NCBI GenBank assembly: GCA_963753325.1
Contig: CAVWBS010000003.1
Location: 1,128,220-1,192,219, forward strand
Length of the DNA: 64,000 nucleotides
From: an uncultured delta proteobacterium
GTDB taxonomy: Bacteria > Desulfobacterota > Binatia > UTPRO1
Direction: 5' to 3'
In this document: piece after piece, positions 29,165 through 38,057 of the stretch
How the letters are laid out: the number at the start of each line of letters is the position of its first letter
Position numbering within the stretch: the first letter of the stretch is position 1
Notes under the pieces: model-generated
What the model saw: only the letters and a program-made list of their open reading frames with translations
Told to the model about the DNA's origin: nothing
Databases searched by the model: none
Made by a program: the position numbers and the translations under genes

Positions 29165-29362
29165 CCGTCGAAGCGTGCGACCGTGCTCGACGGCGGGTCG
29201 GGGATGGTGCCGGCGAGTGCGTGCAAGGTTTTCACGCGTCGGGCACGCCGTTCCGGACGACGGCGCCCTGCGTCGTGCGGTGGAGACTCGGTCGGCGCGG
29301 GGAAAATGCGCGCGCCACCGGCGGCATGTCGCTTGCTCCGCTCCTCGGCAGGAGGGCAGCGC

Positions 29363-29437
29363 ATGTATTACGGATACGGAGTCGGCGGCATCCTCGTACT
29401 GATCCTGTTGATCCTCTTGCTGACGGGGCGCATCTGA
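29363..29437 (+). CDS. Small hydrophobic peptide (24 aa, DUF3309-like).
   Basis: MYYGYGVGGILVLILLILLLTGRI, preceded by GGAGGG 6 nt upstream of the ATG. Confidence 0.3.
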   Translation: MYYGYGVGGILVLILLILLLTGRI

Positions 29438-29459
29438 CCAACGGTCGCGCGGCGCGCGC

Positions 29460-30788
29460 TCAGAGAAAGCGCTGCACGATCACGGGCGAGCCGGCCGGGA
29501 GCGAGACGGTCGCCGCGTCGACGCGTACCATCCCGTCGGCATGCACGAGGCTCGTGATCTCGGCCGAGCCGCCCGACGCGGGGTACGCGCTCCAGACGCC
29601 ATCCTCGAGCACGAGACGCACGCGCACGAAATCGTCGCGGCCGGCAATCGACGTGACGCCGGTCGCGAGCCGCGCCGGCAGCCGTACGCGCGCAGTGAAG
29701 GCGGCCGCCAGCGGCTCGCCCCCGAGACGGCGAAGCAGCGGCGCGCCGAAGATCTCGAAGACGACGAGCGCCGATACCGGGTGCCCCGGCAGGCCGAGCA
29801 CGGGCGTCGTGCCGACGCGCGCGATCACCGTCGGCTTCCCCGGCTTGATGCGGACGCCGTGGACGAGGAGGTGTGCGCCCGGCGCGCTGATGATGACCGC
29901 GGGCGTGAGGTCCTTGGTGCCGACGGAGCTGCCGCCGGAGAAGAGCACGAGATCGGCCCGGCGCAGCGCCGTCCGGAAGACCCGCGCGATGGTCGCCTGC
30001 CGGTCGGGGATGACGCCGCAGTCGATCGCCTCGCCGCCCTCGGCGGCGATCATGGCGCGCAGCGAGTACTGGTTGATGCTCCGCACCTGTCCCGGCCCGG
30101 GGGTCACGTCGGGCGGGACGATCTCGCTGCCGGTCGCGATGACGGCCACCCGCGGCCGGCGATGGACGAGCGCCCGGCTCACGCCGATGCCGGTGAGCGC
30201 CCCGACGTCGTGGGCGCGACAGCGGTGGCCGGCCGGGAAGAGCACGGCGCCGCGGCGCATGTCCTCGCCGCGCCGCATGACGTGCTGACCGGGCGCCGCG
30301 GCGCGCGTGATGTGGACGGTGCCGCCGGCCTCGCTCGTGTGCTCGACCATCACGACCGCGTCGGCGCCCGCAGGGATCATGCCGCCCGTCGGGATGCGCA
30401 TGGCCTGGCCGCGCCGCAGCGGGCCCGGGGCGGGCGCGCCCATCTCGATCGCCCCCGCGACGCGCAGCGCGGCGGGCGCGGAGTCGCTCGCGCCCGCCGT
30501 GTCGGCGGACCGGACCGCATATCCATCCATGTAGGCACGGGCGAAATGGGGAACGTCGAGCGCGGCGCGAGCCGCGCGTGCCAGGACGCGTCCGGCGAGA
30601 TCCTCGACGGGGACGAGCTCCGTGGCGACCGGACGGAAGCGGCGCAAGGTCGCGAGCGCCTCGTCGCAGCTCACGAGCGGGAAGCGGCTCGCCGTTCCCG
30701 TGTGCGGATCCGGCAGCGCGGTGACGCCGGGCGCCGCCCTGCGCGGCCCGCTCGATCGGGCGGCGGGCCGATGGCCGCGACCGCTCAT
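29460..30788 (-). CDS. moeA: Molybdopterin molybdenumtransferase MoeA.
   Basis: YMDGYAV, RIPTGGMIPAGADAVVMVE, SINQYSL, LVLFSGGSSVGTKD, VRIKPGKP and LPGHPVSALV. The ATG at 30788 overlaps the stop of the upstream gene. Confidence 0.85.
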   Translation of the reverse strand: MSGRGHRPAARSSGPRRAAPGVTALPDPHTGTASRFPLVSCDEALATLRRFRPVATELVPVEDLAGRVLARAARAALDVPHFARAYMDGYAVRSADTAGASDSAPAALRVAGAIEMGAPAPGPLRRGQAMRIPTGGMIPAGADAVVMVEHTSEAGGTVHITRAAAPGQHVMRRGEDMRRGAVLFPAGHRCRAHDVGALTGIGVSRALVHRRPRVAVIATGSEIVPPDVTPGPGQVRSINQYSLRAMIAAEGGEAIDCGVIPDRQATIARVFRTALRRADLVLFSGGSSVGTKDLTPAVIISAPGAHLLVHGVRIKPGKPTVIARVGTTPVLGLPGHPVSALVVFEIFGAPLLRRLGGEPLAAAFTARVRLPARLATGVTSIAGRDDFVRVRLVLEDGVWSAYPASGGSAEITSLVHADGMVRVDAATVSLPAGSPVIVQRFL

Positions 30789-31597
30789 CGGGCGAGCGTC
30801 GCGTGCAGCTGGCACGGCATCTCGCGCCGGACGCGGGCGACGCGCTCGGGGTCGAGCTCGGCGACGATGACCTGCTCACCGTCCCCCGCGCGCGCGACGA
30901 TGACGCCCCAGGGATCGACGATCATCGAGTTGCCGTAGTCCGGGAAGCCGTACGGGCTCTTCCCCGCCTGGTTCGGTGCGATCACATAGGCCTGATTTTC
31001 GATGGCGCGCGCGCGCAGCAGCGGCTCCCAGTGCGCCGCGCCGGTGTAGAAGGTGAACGCCGAGGGCACCGTCAGGATGGACGCGCCCGCCGCCGTCAGC
31101 CGCCGGTACAGCTCGGGGAAGCGCAGATCATAGCAGATGCTGAGGCCGATCTGGCCGAGCGGTGTCGCCGCCGTCACGACCTCGTGTCCGTGCGCCCGGG
31201 TGTCCGACTCGCGCACGCTCACCTCGCCCGGCAGATCGACGTCGAAGAGATGGATCTTGCGGTAGCGGGCCGCGATCGACCCGTCGGGCAGGATCAGCAA
31301 CGAGGTGTTGTAGCTCTTCGCCGCGTCCGCGGCCTGCTCGAGAAACGAGCCCGCGACGAGGACGATCTTCAGCTCGGCGGCGAGGGCGCAGAGGAGATCG
31401 CTCACCGGCCCCGGGATGGGTGTGACCGAGGCCGTCTCGTCGGCGCGCAGGCCGCGCCACGCGAACACCTCGGGGAGGACGACCAGGGCGGCGCCCCGCC
31501 GTGCCGCCTCGGTCGTGAGGGTGCGCGCGCGGGCGAGATTCGCGGCGACGTCCGGGCCCGTGCGCATCTGCACGGCCGCCACGAGCTGTTTCATCAT
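30785..31597 (-). CDS. Carbon-nitrogen hydrolase (nitrilase superfamily, Nit/omega-amidase-like).
   Basis: Intact 270-aa ORF with the catalytic E-K-C context: VVLPEVF, YRKIHLF and GLSICYDLRFPE. Confidence 0.8.
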   Translation of the reverse strand: MMKQLVAAVQMRTGPDVAANLARARTLTTEAARRGAALVVLPEVFAWRGLRADETASVTPIPGPVSDLLCALAAELKIVLVAGSFLEQAADAAKSYNTSLLILPDGSIAARYRKIHLFDVDLPGEVSVRESDTRAHGHEVVTAATPLGQIGLSICYDLRFPELYRRLTAAGASILTVPSAFTFYTGAAHWEPLLRARAIENQAYVIAPNQAGKSPYGFPDYGNSMIVDPWGVIVARAGDGEQVIVAELDPERVARVRREMPCQLHATLAR

Positions 31598-31756
31598 GGT
31601 GCAGGTAGTCTAGCAGAGGCCCTCCGGGCCACAATCGGCTCCGCGGCCTTCCGCCACCCGAGATTCTTTTGCGCGACGGCCATTTAGCCGGATTTCGGAG
31701 GGCCGATCGTCGCTTGATCACGCGGTGCGCCGTGTGGTACGCGAGCGGTCGGACGT

Positions 31757-32152
31757 GTGCACACCCTCAAGCTCGAAACCGGGTCGCAGATGGAGATGAT
31801 CGATGTCACCGCAGGGGTTCGTCGCATGGTGAAGGAGACGGGCGTCAGCCGCGGTATCTGCCATCTCTACGTGCCGCACACGACCGCCGCGATCACGATC
31901 AACGAGAACACCGATCCGAACGTCCGCAAGGACATGCTGAACGAGCTGCTGAAGACCGTCCCGCTCCATGACGAATACCTCCATGCCGAAGGCAATGCCG
32001 CCGCTCACATCCTCTCCTCGCTGCTCGGCCCGTCGGAGAGTGTCTTCGTCGAGAACGGCAAGCTCGTGCTGGGGACGTGGCAGGCGATCTACTTCTGTGA
32101 ATTCGATGGCCCGCGATCGCGGACGGTTCTCCTCCGCGTCTCGGCCGATTGA
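31757..32152 (+). CDS. YjbQ/UPF0047 family protein (second copy in the window).
   Basis: 131 aa with YVPHTTAAITINEN, AHILSSLLGPS, LGTWQAIYFCEFDGPR. Confidence 0.75.
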   Translation: MHTLKLETGSQMEMIDVTAGVRRMVKETGVSRGICHLYVPHTTAAITINENTDPNVRKDMLNELLKTVPLHDEYLHAEGNAAAHILSSLLGPSESVFVENGKLVLGTWQAIYFCEFDGPRSRTVLLRVSAD

Positions 32153-32164
32153 GGAGGCCCGACC

Positions 32165-32800
32165 GTGAGCCAGCCTAACGCCGTTCGTCTGATCAAGCGC
32201 TACGGGAACCGCAAGCTCTACGACACGCTCGAGAGCCGGTACATCACGCTCGAGGAGATCGCGCGCTTGGTCCGGGGCGGCAGCGACGTCAAGGTGATCG
32301 ACAACGAGAGCGGCGACGACCTCACCGCGATCACCTTCGCGCAGATCATCCTCGAGGAGGAGAAGCGCCACGCGAGCCTGCTGTCGCTCGGCCTCCTGCG
32401 CGACCTCATCAAGGGCGGCGAGGAGACCCTGGCGCAGGTGCGGTCGCGCGTCGACAAGGGCATCGAGGCGATCGGCTCGATGGGCGAGGCGGCGCAGCGT
32501 CGGATGCAGGAGCTGGTGGGCGGCCGGGCGCCGGCGGAGCACGCCAACAGCGGCGAGCACGTGGCGCACGCCGTCAACTCCGTCGAGCCCGCCGGCAAGG
32601 GCTTCTTCGACGATCTGCTGACGGCGCCGCAGCGGCGCCTCGAGTCGCTGACCCGCAGCATCGAATCCTCCGTCGGCCGCATCACCGGTCATCCGGCGTT
32701 CCAGAACGAGGTGCGCCGGATCGAGCGCTCGATCAAGAAGCTCGAGGAGCGGCTCGCCCGCCTGCGGCGCCAGGAGATCGGCTCGGGGCCGACTGCCTAG
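32165..32800 (+). CDS. phaR: Polyhydroxyalkanoate synthesis repressor PhaR.
   Basis: The N-terminal IKRYGNRKLYDT..SRYITLEEIA....G.DVKVID..SG.DLT is the PhaR DNA-binding domain signature. Confidence 0.8.
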   Translation: MSQPNAVRLIKRYGNRKLYDTLESRYITLEEIARLVRGGSDVKVIDNESGDDLTAITFAQIILEEEKRHASLLSLGLLRDLIKGGEETLAQVRSRVDKGIEAIGSMGEAAQRRMQELVGGRAPAEHANSGEHVAHAVNSVEPAGKGFFDDLLTAPQRRLESLTRSIESSVGRITGHPAFQNEVRRIERSIKKLEERLARLRRQEIGSGPTA

Positions 32801-33640
32801 CGGCAGAGGAAGAGCGGGGAGGGGGAGTTCCGCAGCACGTACTCGGTGGTGCTGCCGAGCACCATCTCGATGATGCGGCTGTGCCCATAGGCGCCGATGA
32901 AGAGCAGGTCGAACGCCTGCTCGCCCATCACGTCGAGGATCGTCTCGTTGGCGTAGCCGCTGCGCACGAGGAACTCGCAGGCGATGGAGTACGCGCCGAG
33001 ATAGCGTCGCGCCTCTTCCAGCACCTTCTGGGCAGCGCCGTCGTCCTTGCCGACGTGCAGCACGCCGAGCGGCAACGCGAGTGCCACGGCGAGCTCGGCG
33101 GCCTCGCGCATCGCCGCCGCCGCACGCTGGCTGCCATCGTACGCCAGCAAGGGGCGCGTGATCGGCCGGAACTGCACCGGGCAGACGAGGACCGGCTTCG
33201 GGCACTTGCGGGCCACGCTCTCCGTGGTGCCGCCGAGCAGCCCGGTCGAGAAGCGCTCGTTCAGTCCGCGATGCCCGACGATGACGATGTCGGCCATCCG
33301 CGCCTGCTCGCAGAATCTCGTTGGCGACGATGCCGGTGAGGAGCTGCGAATCTCCGCGCAGCCCGCGCGCCTGACATTCCTCGAGGAAGCCGTCGAGCAG
33401 CGTGCGGCCGCGTTCGTGCAGCGCCTCGCGCATCTTCGAGGAGAAATCGAGGTAGGGCTCGAAGCCCATCGAGCCGGAGATGTCGTGCAGGAACGAGCCC
33501 GATCCCTCGATCGACACCACGTCGATGACGTGCAGGCCCGTGACCGTGGCCTGCAGCCGCTCGGCCAGCCACAGCGCGTACTGCGACGCCGTGTGCGAGT
33601 GCTCCGAGCCGTCGAGGGCGACGAGGATGCTCTTGATCAT
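32797..33640 (-). pseudogene. Tandem-domain universal stress protein (UspA family). One frameshift near 33300.
   Basis: The N-terminal domain MIKSILVALDGSEHS... is in one frame. ADIVIVGHRG...GSTTESVARKCPKPVLV and the second domain ending GSTTEYVLRNSPSPLFL are in another. Confidence 0.75.
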
Positions 33641-33692
33641 GGCCGCTCCGGCTGATTTATCATTGTAATTCCAGGCAGTCCACGCGAAGCCA

Positions 33693-34007
33693 ATGAAGCA
33701 GACCAAGCTGAATGCCGCCCTCGAGGCGACCCTACAGGAGCTGAAGAGCGTGGCACAGGCGCTCGGCTTCGAGGTGCGAGAGGAGGAGTTGCTGCGCGAG
33801 GTCGGATACCGGCCGCGCAGCGGCGTCTGCCGGGTCGGCAGCACGCGCGTCATCCTCCTCGATCGCCGCGCCAGTGGGGAGGAGCGGATCGACGCGCTCT
33901 GCGCCGTGCTCGCGACGCAGGATCTCGAACGGGTGTTCCTCTCGCCGGCGTTGCGGATGCGTCTCGCTCCCCGCTCGGCGGCGGGCGCCGAGTCCCGCCC
34001 GGGATGA
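33693..34007 (+). CDS. Hypothetical protein (104 aa), translationally coupled to fur.
   Basis: Intact ORF with an ATG start. Its stop overlaps the fur ATG (ATGA at 34004-34007). I recognise no family. Confidence 0.45.
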   Translation: MKQTKLNAALEATLQELKSVAQALGFEVREEELLREVGYRPRSGVCRVGSTRVILLDRRASGEERIDALCAVLATQDLERVFLSPALRMRLAPRSAAGAESRPG

Positions 34008-34504
34008 CCGTCAGCCACCGCGTCCAGGGTGATCGGTTCGCGGCGTTCAAGAACGCCCTCAAGGAGCGCAACCTCAAGTCCACCTCGCAGCGTGACGACA
34101 TCGCGCGCGTCTTCTTCGCGAGCAATCGTCACATCAGCGTCGAGGAGCTGTACCGCGACGTCCGCAAGGTCAATCCGCGGGTCGGCTACGCCACCGTCTA
34201 TCGCACCGTCCGGCTCCTGCGGGAGTGCAATCTCGCGGCGGAACGCCATTTCCACGACGGCGAGGCCCGGTTCGAGAACGTCGCCGAGGAGCAGCACCAC
34301 GATCATCTGATTTGCGAGCGGTGCGGGCGCATCGTCGAGTTCTCGAACGCCGAGATCGAGGAGCTGCAGGAACGGGTGGCACGGACGCTCGATTTCGTGA
34401 TCAGCGGCCACAAGATGGAGCTGTACGGCATCTGCGGTGACTGCCGCCTCGGGCGCCGGTCACGACGGCCGCCGCGCGGCGAGCCGCACGTGTTCCGCAG
34501 CTAG
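34004..34504 (+). CDS. fur: Fur-family metal-responsive transcriptional regulator.
   Basis: LKSTSQRDDIARVF....HISVEELY, GYATVYRTVRLL, HHDHLICERCG and YGICGDC (metal-site His and Cys pairs). Confidence 0.85.
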   Translation: MTVSHRVQGDRFAAFKNALKERNLKSTSQRDDIARVFFASNRHISVEELYRDVRKVNPRVGYATVYRTVRLLRECNLAAERHFHDGEARFENVAEEQHHDHLICERCGRIVEFSNAEIEELQERVARTLDFVISGHKMELYGICGDCRLGRRSRRPPRGEPHVFRS

Positions 34505-34520
34505 GAGACGCTCGCCGGCG

Positions 34521-35390
34521 TCAGCGGGTGTGCTGGATCAGCAGGGTCGGCAGGCGGTCCGGCCACTTCACGGTCGCGACCCGCGTCGCCGGAGCGAGCC
34601 CGGGACGCGGATCGCTCGCCGGGAGACCTCCGGCCCTGACGCGCGCCACCGCGGCGTCGCAGTCGCCGACCGTATAGGCGATTCCCCACGGCCGCTCGCC
34701 GCGCTCGCCGGCGCCGCCGGCGAGCGGTGCCACCAGCTCCAGCGTGACGCCGCCGAGACGAAGGCCGACGTTGACGGTGCCGCGCTCGGGGAACTCGCGT
34801 CGCCAGCGTTCGGGAAGCGCGAACGCGTCGCGCCAGAGGCGGAGCGCGGCGACGAGATCGTCGCTGAACAGCACGAGGTGATCCACGGCGGCGACCGCGG
34901 CCGCCGGATCGCCGCGCCAGGGCGCCGGAGGGATGGTCCCGTCTTCGTGATGGACCGCAAAGACGTTCACCCCGCGCGTGTGCTCGCGCGCGATGGGTAG
35001 GAGGCGGGCGGTGCGTGCGCCGCCGTCGGGCGCCGTCGTGGTGACCCGGGTGGGCTCCCCGACCGGCAGCGCGGCGGCGCGCAGGGCGCGTGCCGTCTCC
35101 CCGAGATCGTCGCTGCCGAGCGCCAGCGCGAGCAGCCCCTCGGGCCTGCGCTCCAGGAACGCCGTCAGGGCGGCCGCCGGCGGAGACTCCGGCGGCGTGC
35201 CGTCGAGCGCGAGGAGCTCGAGGTAGCAGTTGGCGAGCGCGAAGACGACGTTGCGCGTGCCGAGCGTCGCGTGCGCGCCGCGCGTCGAGGGATCGCGGCC
35301 GAGGAGGACGCGGTAGTCGCGCTCCGCGGCCGCCAGATCGCGCACGGCGATGACCAGGTGGTCGACGCGCGCGAACGGGGGAGCGGGCAT
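34521..35390 (-). CDS. Two-domain VOC (glyoxalase/bleomycin resistance/dioxygenase) family protein.
   Basis: Intact 289-aa ORF with the repeats VDHLVIAVRDL and VDHLVLFSDDL. Confidence 0.6.
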   Translation of the reverse strand: MPAPPFARVDHLVIAVRDLAAAERDYRVLLGRDPSTRGAHATLGTRNVVFALANCYLELLALDGTPPESPPAAALTAFLERRPEGLLALALGSDDLGETARALRAAALPVGEPTRVTTTAPDGGARTARLLPIAREHTRGVNVFAVHHEDGTIPPAPWRGDPAAAVAAVDHLVLFSDDLVAALRLWRDAFALPERWRREFPERGTVNVGLRLGGVTLELVAPLAGGAGERGERPWGIAYTVGDCDAAVARVRAGGLPASDPRPGLAPATRVATVKWPDRLPTLLIQHTR

Positions 35391-35439
35391 GCGGCGGCTA
35401 TCCCAGAGGGCGGGGGGCGAGTCAACGCGGCGTCGGCGC

Positions 35440-35496
35440 TTGACAGCCCGCGCGGCGGTCCACTAGAAGTCTCCAACGAAAATGAAAATCATTCTC
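35440..35496 (+). promoter_or_regulatory. Candidate sigma-70 promoter (TTGACA-18 nt-TAGAAG) followed by a Fur box that overlaps the apbE ATG.
   Basis: TTGACA at 35440-35445 and TAGAAG at 35464-35469. GAAAATGAAAATCATTCTC at 35478-35496 matches 16 of 19 positions of the Fur consensus GATAATGATAATCATTATC. The stretch is AT-rich in a roughly 70% GC context. Confidence 0.6.
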
Positions 35497-36597
35497 AATT
35501 GGTTCGCGCGGTGGGCGCCCGTGCGCTTGCGTCGCGCCGCAGCGATCACGGCCTGGGCGGCGGTTGCGCTCGGCGCGGCGCGAGCGGGCGGTGCGGCCGG
35601 GCCTCCGCCGGGCGCGTCCGAGCCGCCGACGATCGAGCGCGCCGAGCTGGTCATGGGCACGGTGGCCCGCGTCGCCCTGCCGCCGCGGCTCGCGACTGCT
35701 CGCACGTTCGAGGCCGCGTTTGCCGCTCTGCGCGAGGTCGACGCGACCATGAGCCTCTATCGCGAGGACAGCGAGCTGGTGCGGGTGAACGCCCGCGCCG
35801 CGGACCACCCCGAGCCCGTCGACGCGCCGCTCTTCGCGCTGCTCGTGCGCGCCCGGGAGCTCGGCATCGAGAGCGACGGCGCCTTCGACGTCACCGTGCT
35901 GCCGCTGCTCCGGCTGTGGGGCGCGTATCCCGAGCTGGGGTATCTCGGCGCGGGCAGCCGCACCGCCGTCGGCATCGAGGGGCTCCGTCTCGACGCGGCC
36001 GCACGCACCGTCGGCTTCGCGCGGCCCGGCATGGGCCTCGATCTCGGCGGCATCGCCAAGGGATGCGCGCTCGACCGCGCCCGCGCGGCGCTGGCGACCC
36101 GCGGCGTCGATCGGGCGCGGCTCGATCTCGGTGGAGATCTCGCATTCGTCGGCGCCGGGCCGCAGGGCGTCTGGCGCGCGGCCGTTCGCGATCCCGACGC
36201 TCCCGACCGGCCGCTCGGCGTGCTCGTGGTGGGGGCGGATGCGAGCCTCTCGACGTCCGGCAACTACGAACGCGATTTCGCGCGCGAGGGGTGGCGCGCG
36301 CGGAGCCACCTGTACGACCCACGCACCGGACGACCGGTCACGCGCGACGTCGCGGTCACCGTATGGTCACCCGACGCGACCGCCGCGGATGCGCTGTCGA
36401 CGGCGCTGGTCGTCCTGGGCCGCGAGCACGGCGCCGCGTTGCTGGCGCGCGAGCGCGGCGCGGGCGCGCTCTTCGCGGAGCGCCGTCCGGGTGAGACCGC
36501 CCGACGCATCAGCTTCGCGGGACGTCCGCCGCTCGGCTGGATGCCGAGCGGCGGCGCCGCGCCGACATCCGCCACGGATGAAGGAGACGCTCGATGA
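35482..36597 (+). CDS. apbE: FAD:protein FMN transferase (ApbE family), exported.
   Basis: Intact 371-aa ORF with an N-terminal signal-like RLRRAAAITAWAAVALGAARA, plus MGT..RV, GAFDVTV, LDLGGIAKG and STSGNYER motifs. Confidence 0.85.
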   Translation: MKIILNWFARWAPVRLRRAAAITAWAAVALGAARAGGAAGPPPGASEPPTIERAELVMGTVARVALPPRLATARTFEAAFAALREVDATMSLYREDSELVRVNARAADHPEPVDAPLFALLVRARELGIESDGAFDVTVLPLLRLWGAYPELGYLGAGSRTAVGIEGLRLDAAARTVGFARPGMGLDLGGIAKGCALDRARAALATRGVDRARLDLGGDLAFVGAGPQGVWRAAVRDPDAPDRPLGVLVVGADASLSTSGNYERDFAREGWRARSHLYDPRTGRPVTRDVAVTVWSPDATAADALSTALVVLGREHGAALLARERGAGALFAERRPGETARRISFAGRPPLGWMPSGGAAPTSATDEGDAR

Positions 36598-38057
36598 CCG
36601 GCCTGCCGCGCCTACCCCTCCTGCTGCTCGCCGCCGCGCTGCTCACGCCCGCAGGGCCCGTGCCGGCGCACGCCGAGGCCGATCCACGCATCCGCGCGTA
36701 CGAGCGGCAACTCGAGCAGATGCAGCAGCAGATGGACCAGTTGCGCGCCGAGCTCCGTGCGCTGGAGAAGGAGCGCGGCACCACGCCCAAGGCCGGGCCG
36801 TCGACGGCCACGAAGGAGGCGGCGCCGCCGGCCGCGGCGACTGCGGCCCCGGCGGCGGCCGCCGCCGAGCAGGACCGCAAGATCGATGTGCTCGCGCACG
36901 AGGTCGAAGGCCTGAAGAGCAAGATCGTGCTGCCCGAGGGCAAGGCGCTGAAGAGCGCCTACGGCTTCGGACCGGCGGCCTCGAAGATCTACCAGGCCGA
37001 GCGCGGTCTCTCGATCGGCGGCTACGGCGAGTTCACCTACGAGAACCTGGTGAACGATCAGCATGGCGCGAAGGACCGCTTCGACCTCGAGCGCTTCGTG
37101 CTCTACACCGGCTACAAGTTCACCGACCGCATCCTGCTCAACTCGGAGATCGAGTTCGAGCACGCGACGACCGAGGACACGCCGAGCTCCGATGACGGCT
37201 CGGTGTCGGTCGAATTCGCCAATCTCGACTTCTTCCTGTGGAAGCCCCTGAACGTCCGCGTGGGCCTGTTGCTCGTGCCGATGGGCTTCCTCAACGAGAT
37301 GCACGAGCCGCCTTTCTACTACGGGGTCTTCCGGCCCGAGGTGGAGCGCGAGAAGATCATTCCCAGCACCTGGGCGGAGGGCGGCTTCGGCTTCTTCGGG
37401 ACGCTCGCGCCCGGGCTCGACTATCGCGCGTACCTGCTGACGTCGCTGAATGCCAAGGGCTTCGCCCCGGACGGGCTCGGTGAGGCGCGGCAGAAGGGGA
37501 AGAACGCGTTCGCCGACGATTTCTCGGGCACCGTGCGCCTCGACTACGCGCCGTTCCCGGGCGCCGTGATCGGGGCGTCCTTCTGGGCCGGCGACTCGGG
37601 TCAGAACCAGACGTTCGACGGCGAGAAACCCGACGTGTTCACGCTCATCTGGGAGGCGCACGCCCAGTTGAACTACCGCGGCGTCCACTTCCGTACCCTC
37701 GGCGCGTTCGACAACGTCAGCGACGCCGCCACCGTGAGCCGCGATCTGGGCGAGACGATCGCCGAGCACTCGTTCGGCTACTACGCCGAAGTCGCGTACA
37801 ACGTCCTGCCATGGATCTTCCCCGACAGCGATCAGTCGTTCGAGCCGTTCTTCCGCTACGAGATCTACGACACGCAGGACGGCATCCCGAAGGGCTTCGC
37901 CCGCGTCCCCGGTCAGAACGTCCAGCTCTACAGTTTCGGCGCGTCGTACAAGCCGCATCCCCAGGTCGTCTTGAAGATGGAGTACCGCGACTTCGACGCG
38001 GGCTCGAAGGCGCCGATTCCGGACGAGTTCGACCTCGGAGCCGGCTTCATCTTCTGA
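36594..38057 (+). CDS. Putative outer-membrane beta-barrel (porin-like) protein with an N-terminal coiled coil.
   Basis: Signal peptide ending AHA-EA, a coiled coil (RAYERQLEQMQQQMDQLRAELRALEKE), an Ala/Pro linker, then alternating amphipathic strands. The C-terminus is ...DLGAGFIF, with a terminal Phe. The ATGA overlaps apbE. Confidence 0.6.
   Translation: MTGLPRLPLLLLAAALLTPAGPVPAHAEADPRIRAYERQLEQMQQQMDQLRAELRALEKERGTTPKAGPSTATKEAAPPAAATAAPAAAAAEQDRKIDVLAHEVEGLKSKIVLPEGKALKSAYGFGPAASKIYQAERGLSIGGYGEFTYENLVNDQHGAKDRFDLERFVLYTGYKFTDRILLNSEIEFEHATTEDTPSSDDGSVSVEFANLDFFLWKPLNVRVGLLLVPMGFLNEMHEPPFYYGVFRPEVEREKIIPSTWAEGGFGFFGTLAPGLDYRAYLLTSLNAKGFAPDGLGEARQKGKNAFADDFSGTVRLDYAPFPGAVIGASFWAGDSGQNQTFDGEKPDVFTLIWEAHAQLNYRGVHFRTLGAFDNVSDAATVSRDLGETIAEHSFGYYAEVAYNVLPWIFPDSDQSFEPFFRYEIYDTQDGIPKGFARVPGQNVQLYSFGASYKPHPQVVLKMEYRDFDAGSKAPIPDEFDLGAGFIF

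Noticed and set aside
33653-33670. The AT-rich patch TGATTTATCATTGTAATT as a second Fur box.
   Set aside because: It matches the 19-bp consensus at only about half the positions in any register. It is noted as a possibility in the fur finding but is not reported as a feature.
31718-34411. 897-aa minus-strand ORF spanning yjbQ, phaR, usp, the hypothetical gene and fur.
   Set aside because: Only the segment at about 33300-33640 (the USP N-terminal domain) is recognisable. The rest is antisense to well-supported plus-strand genes and looks like typical GC-rich shadow translation.
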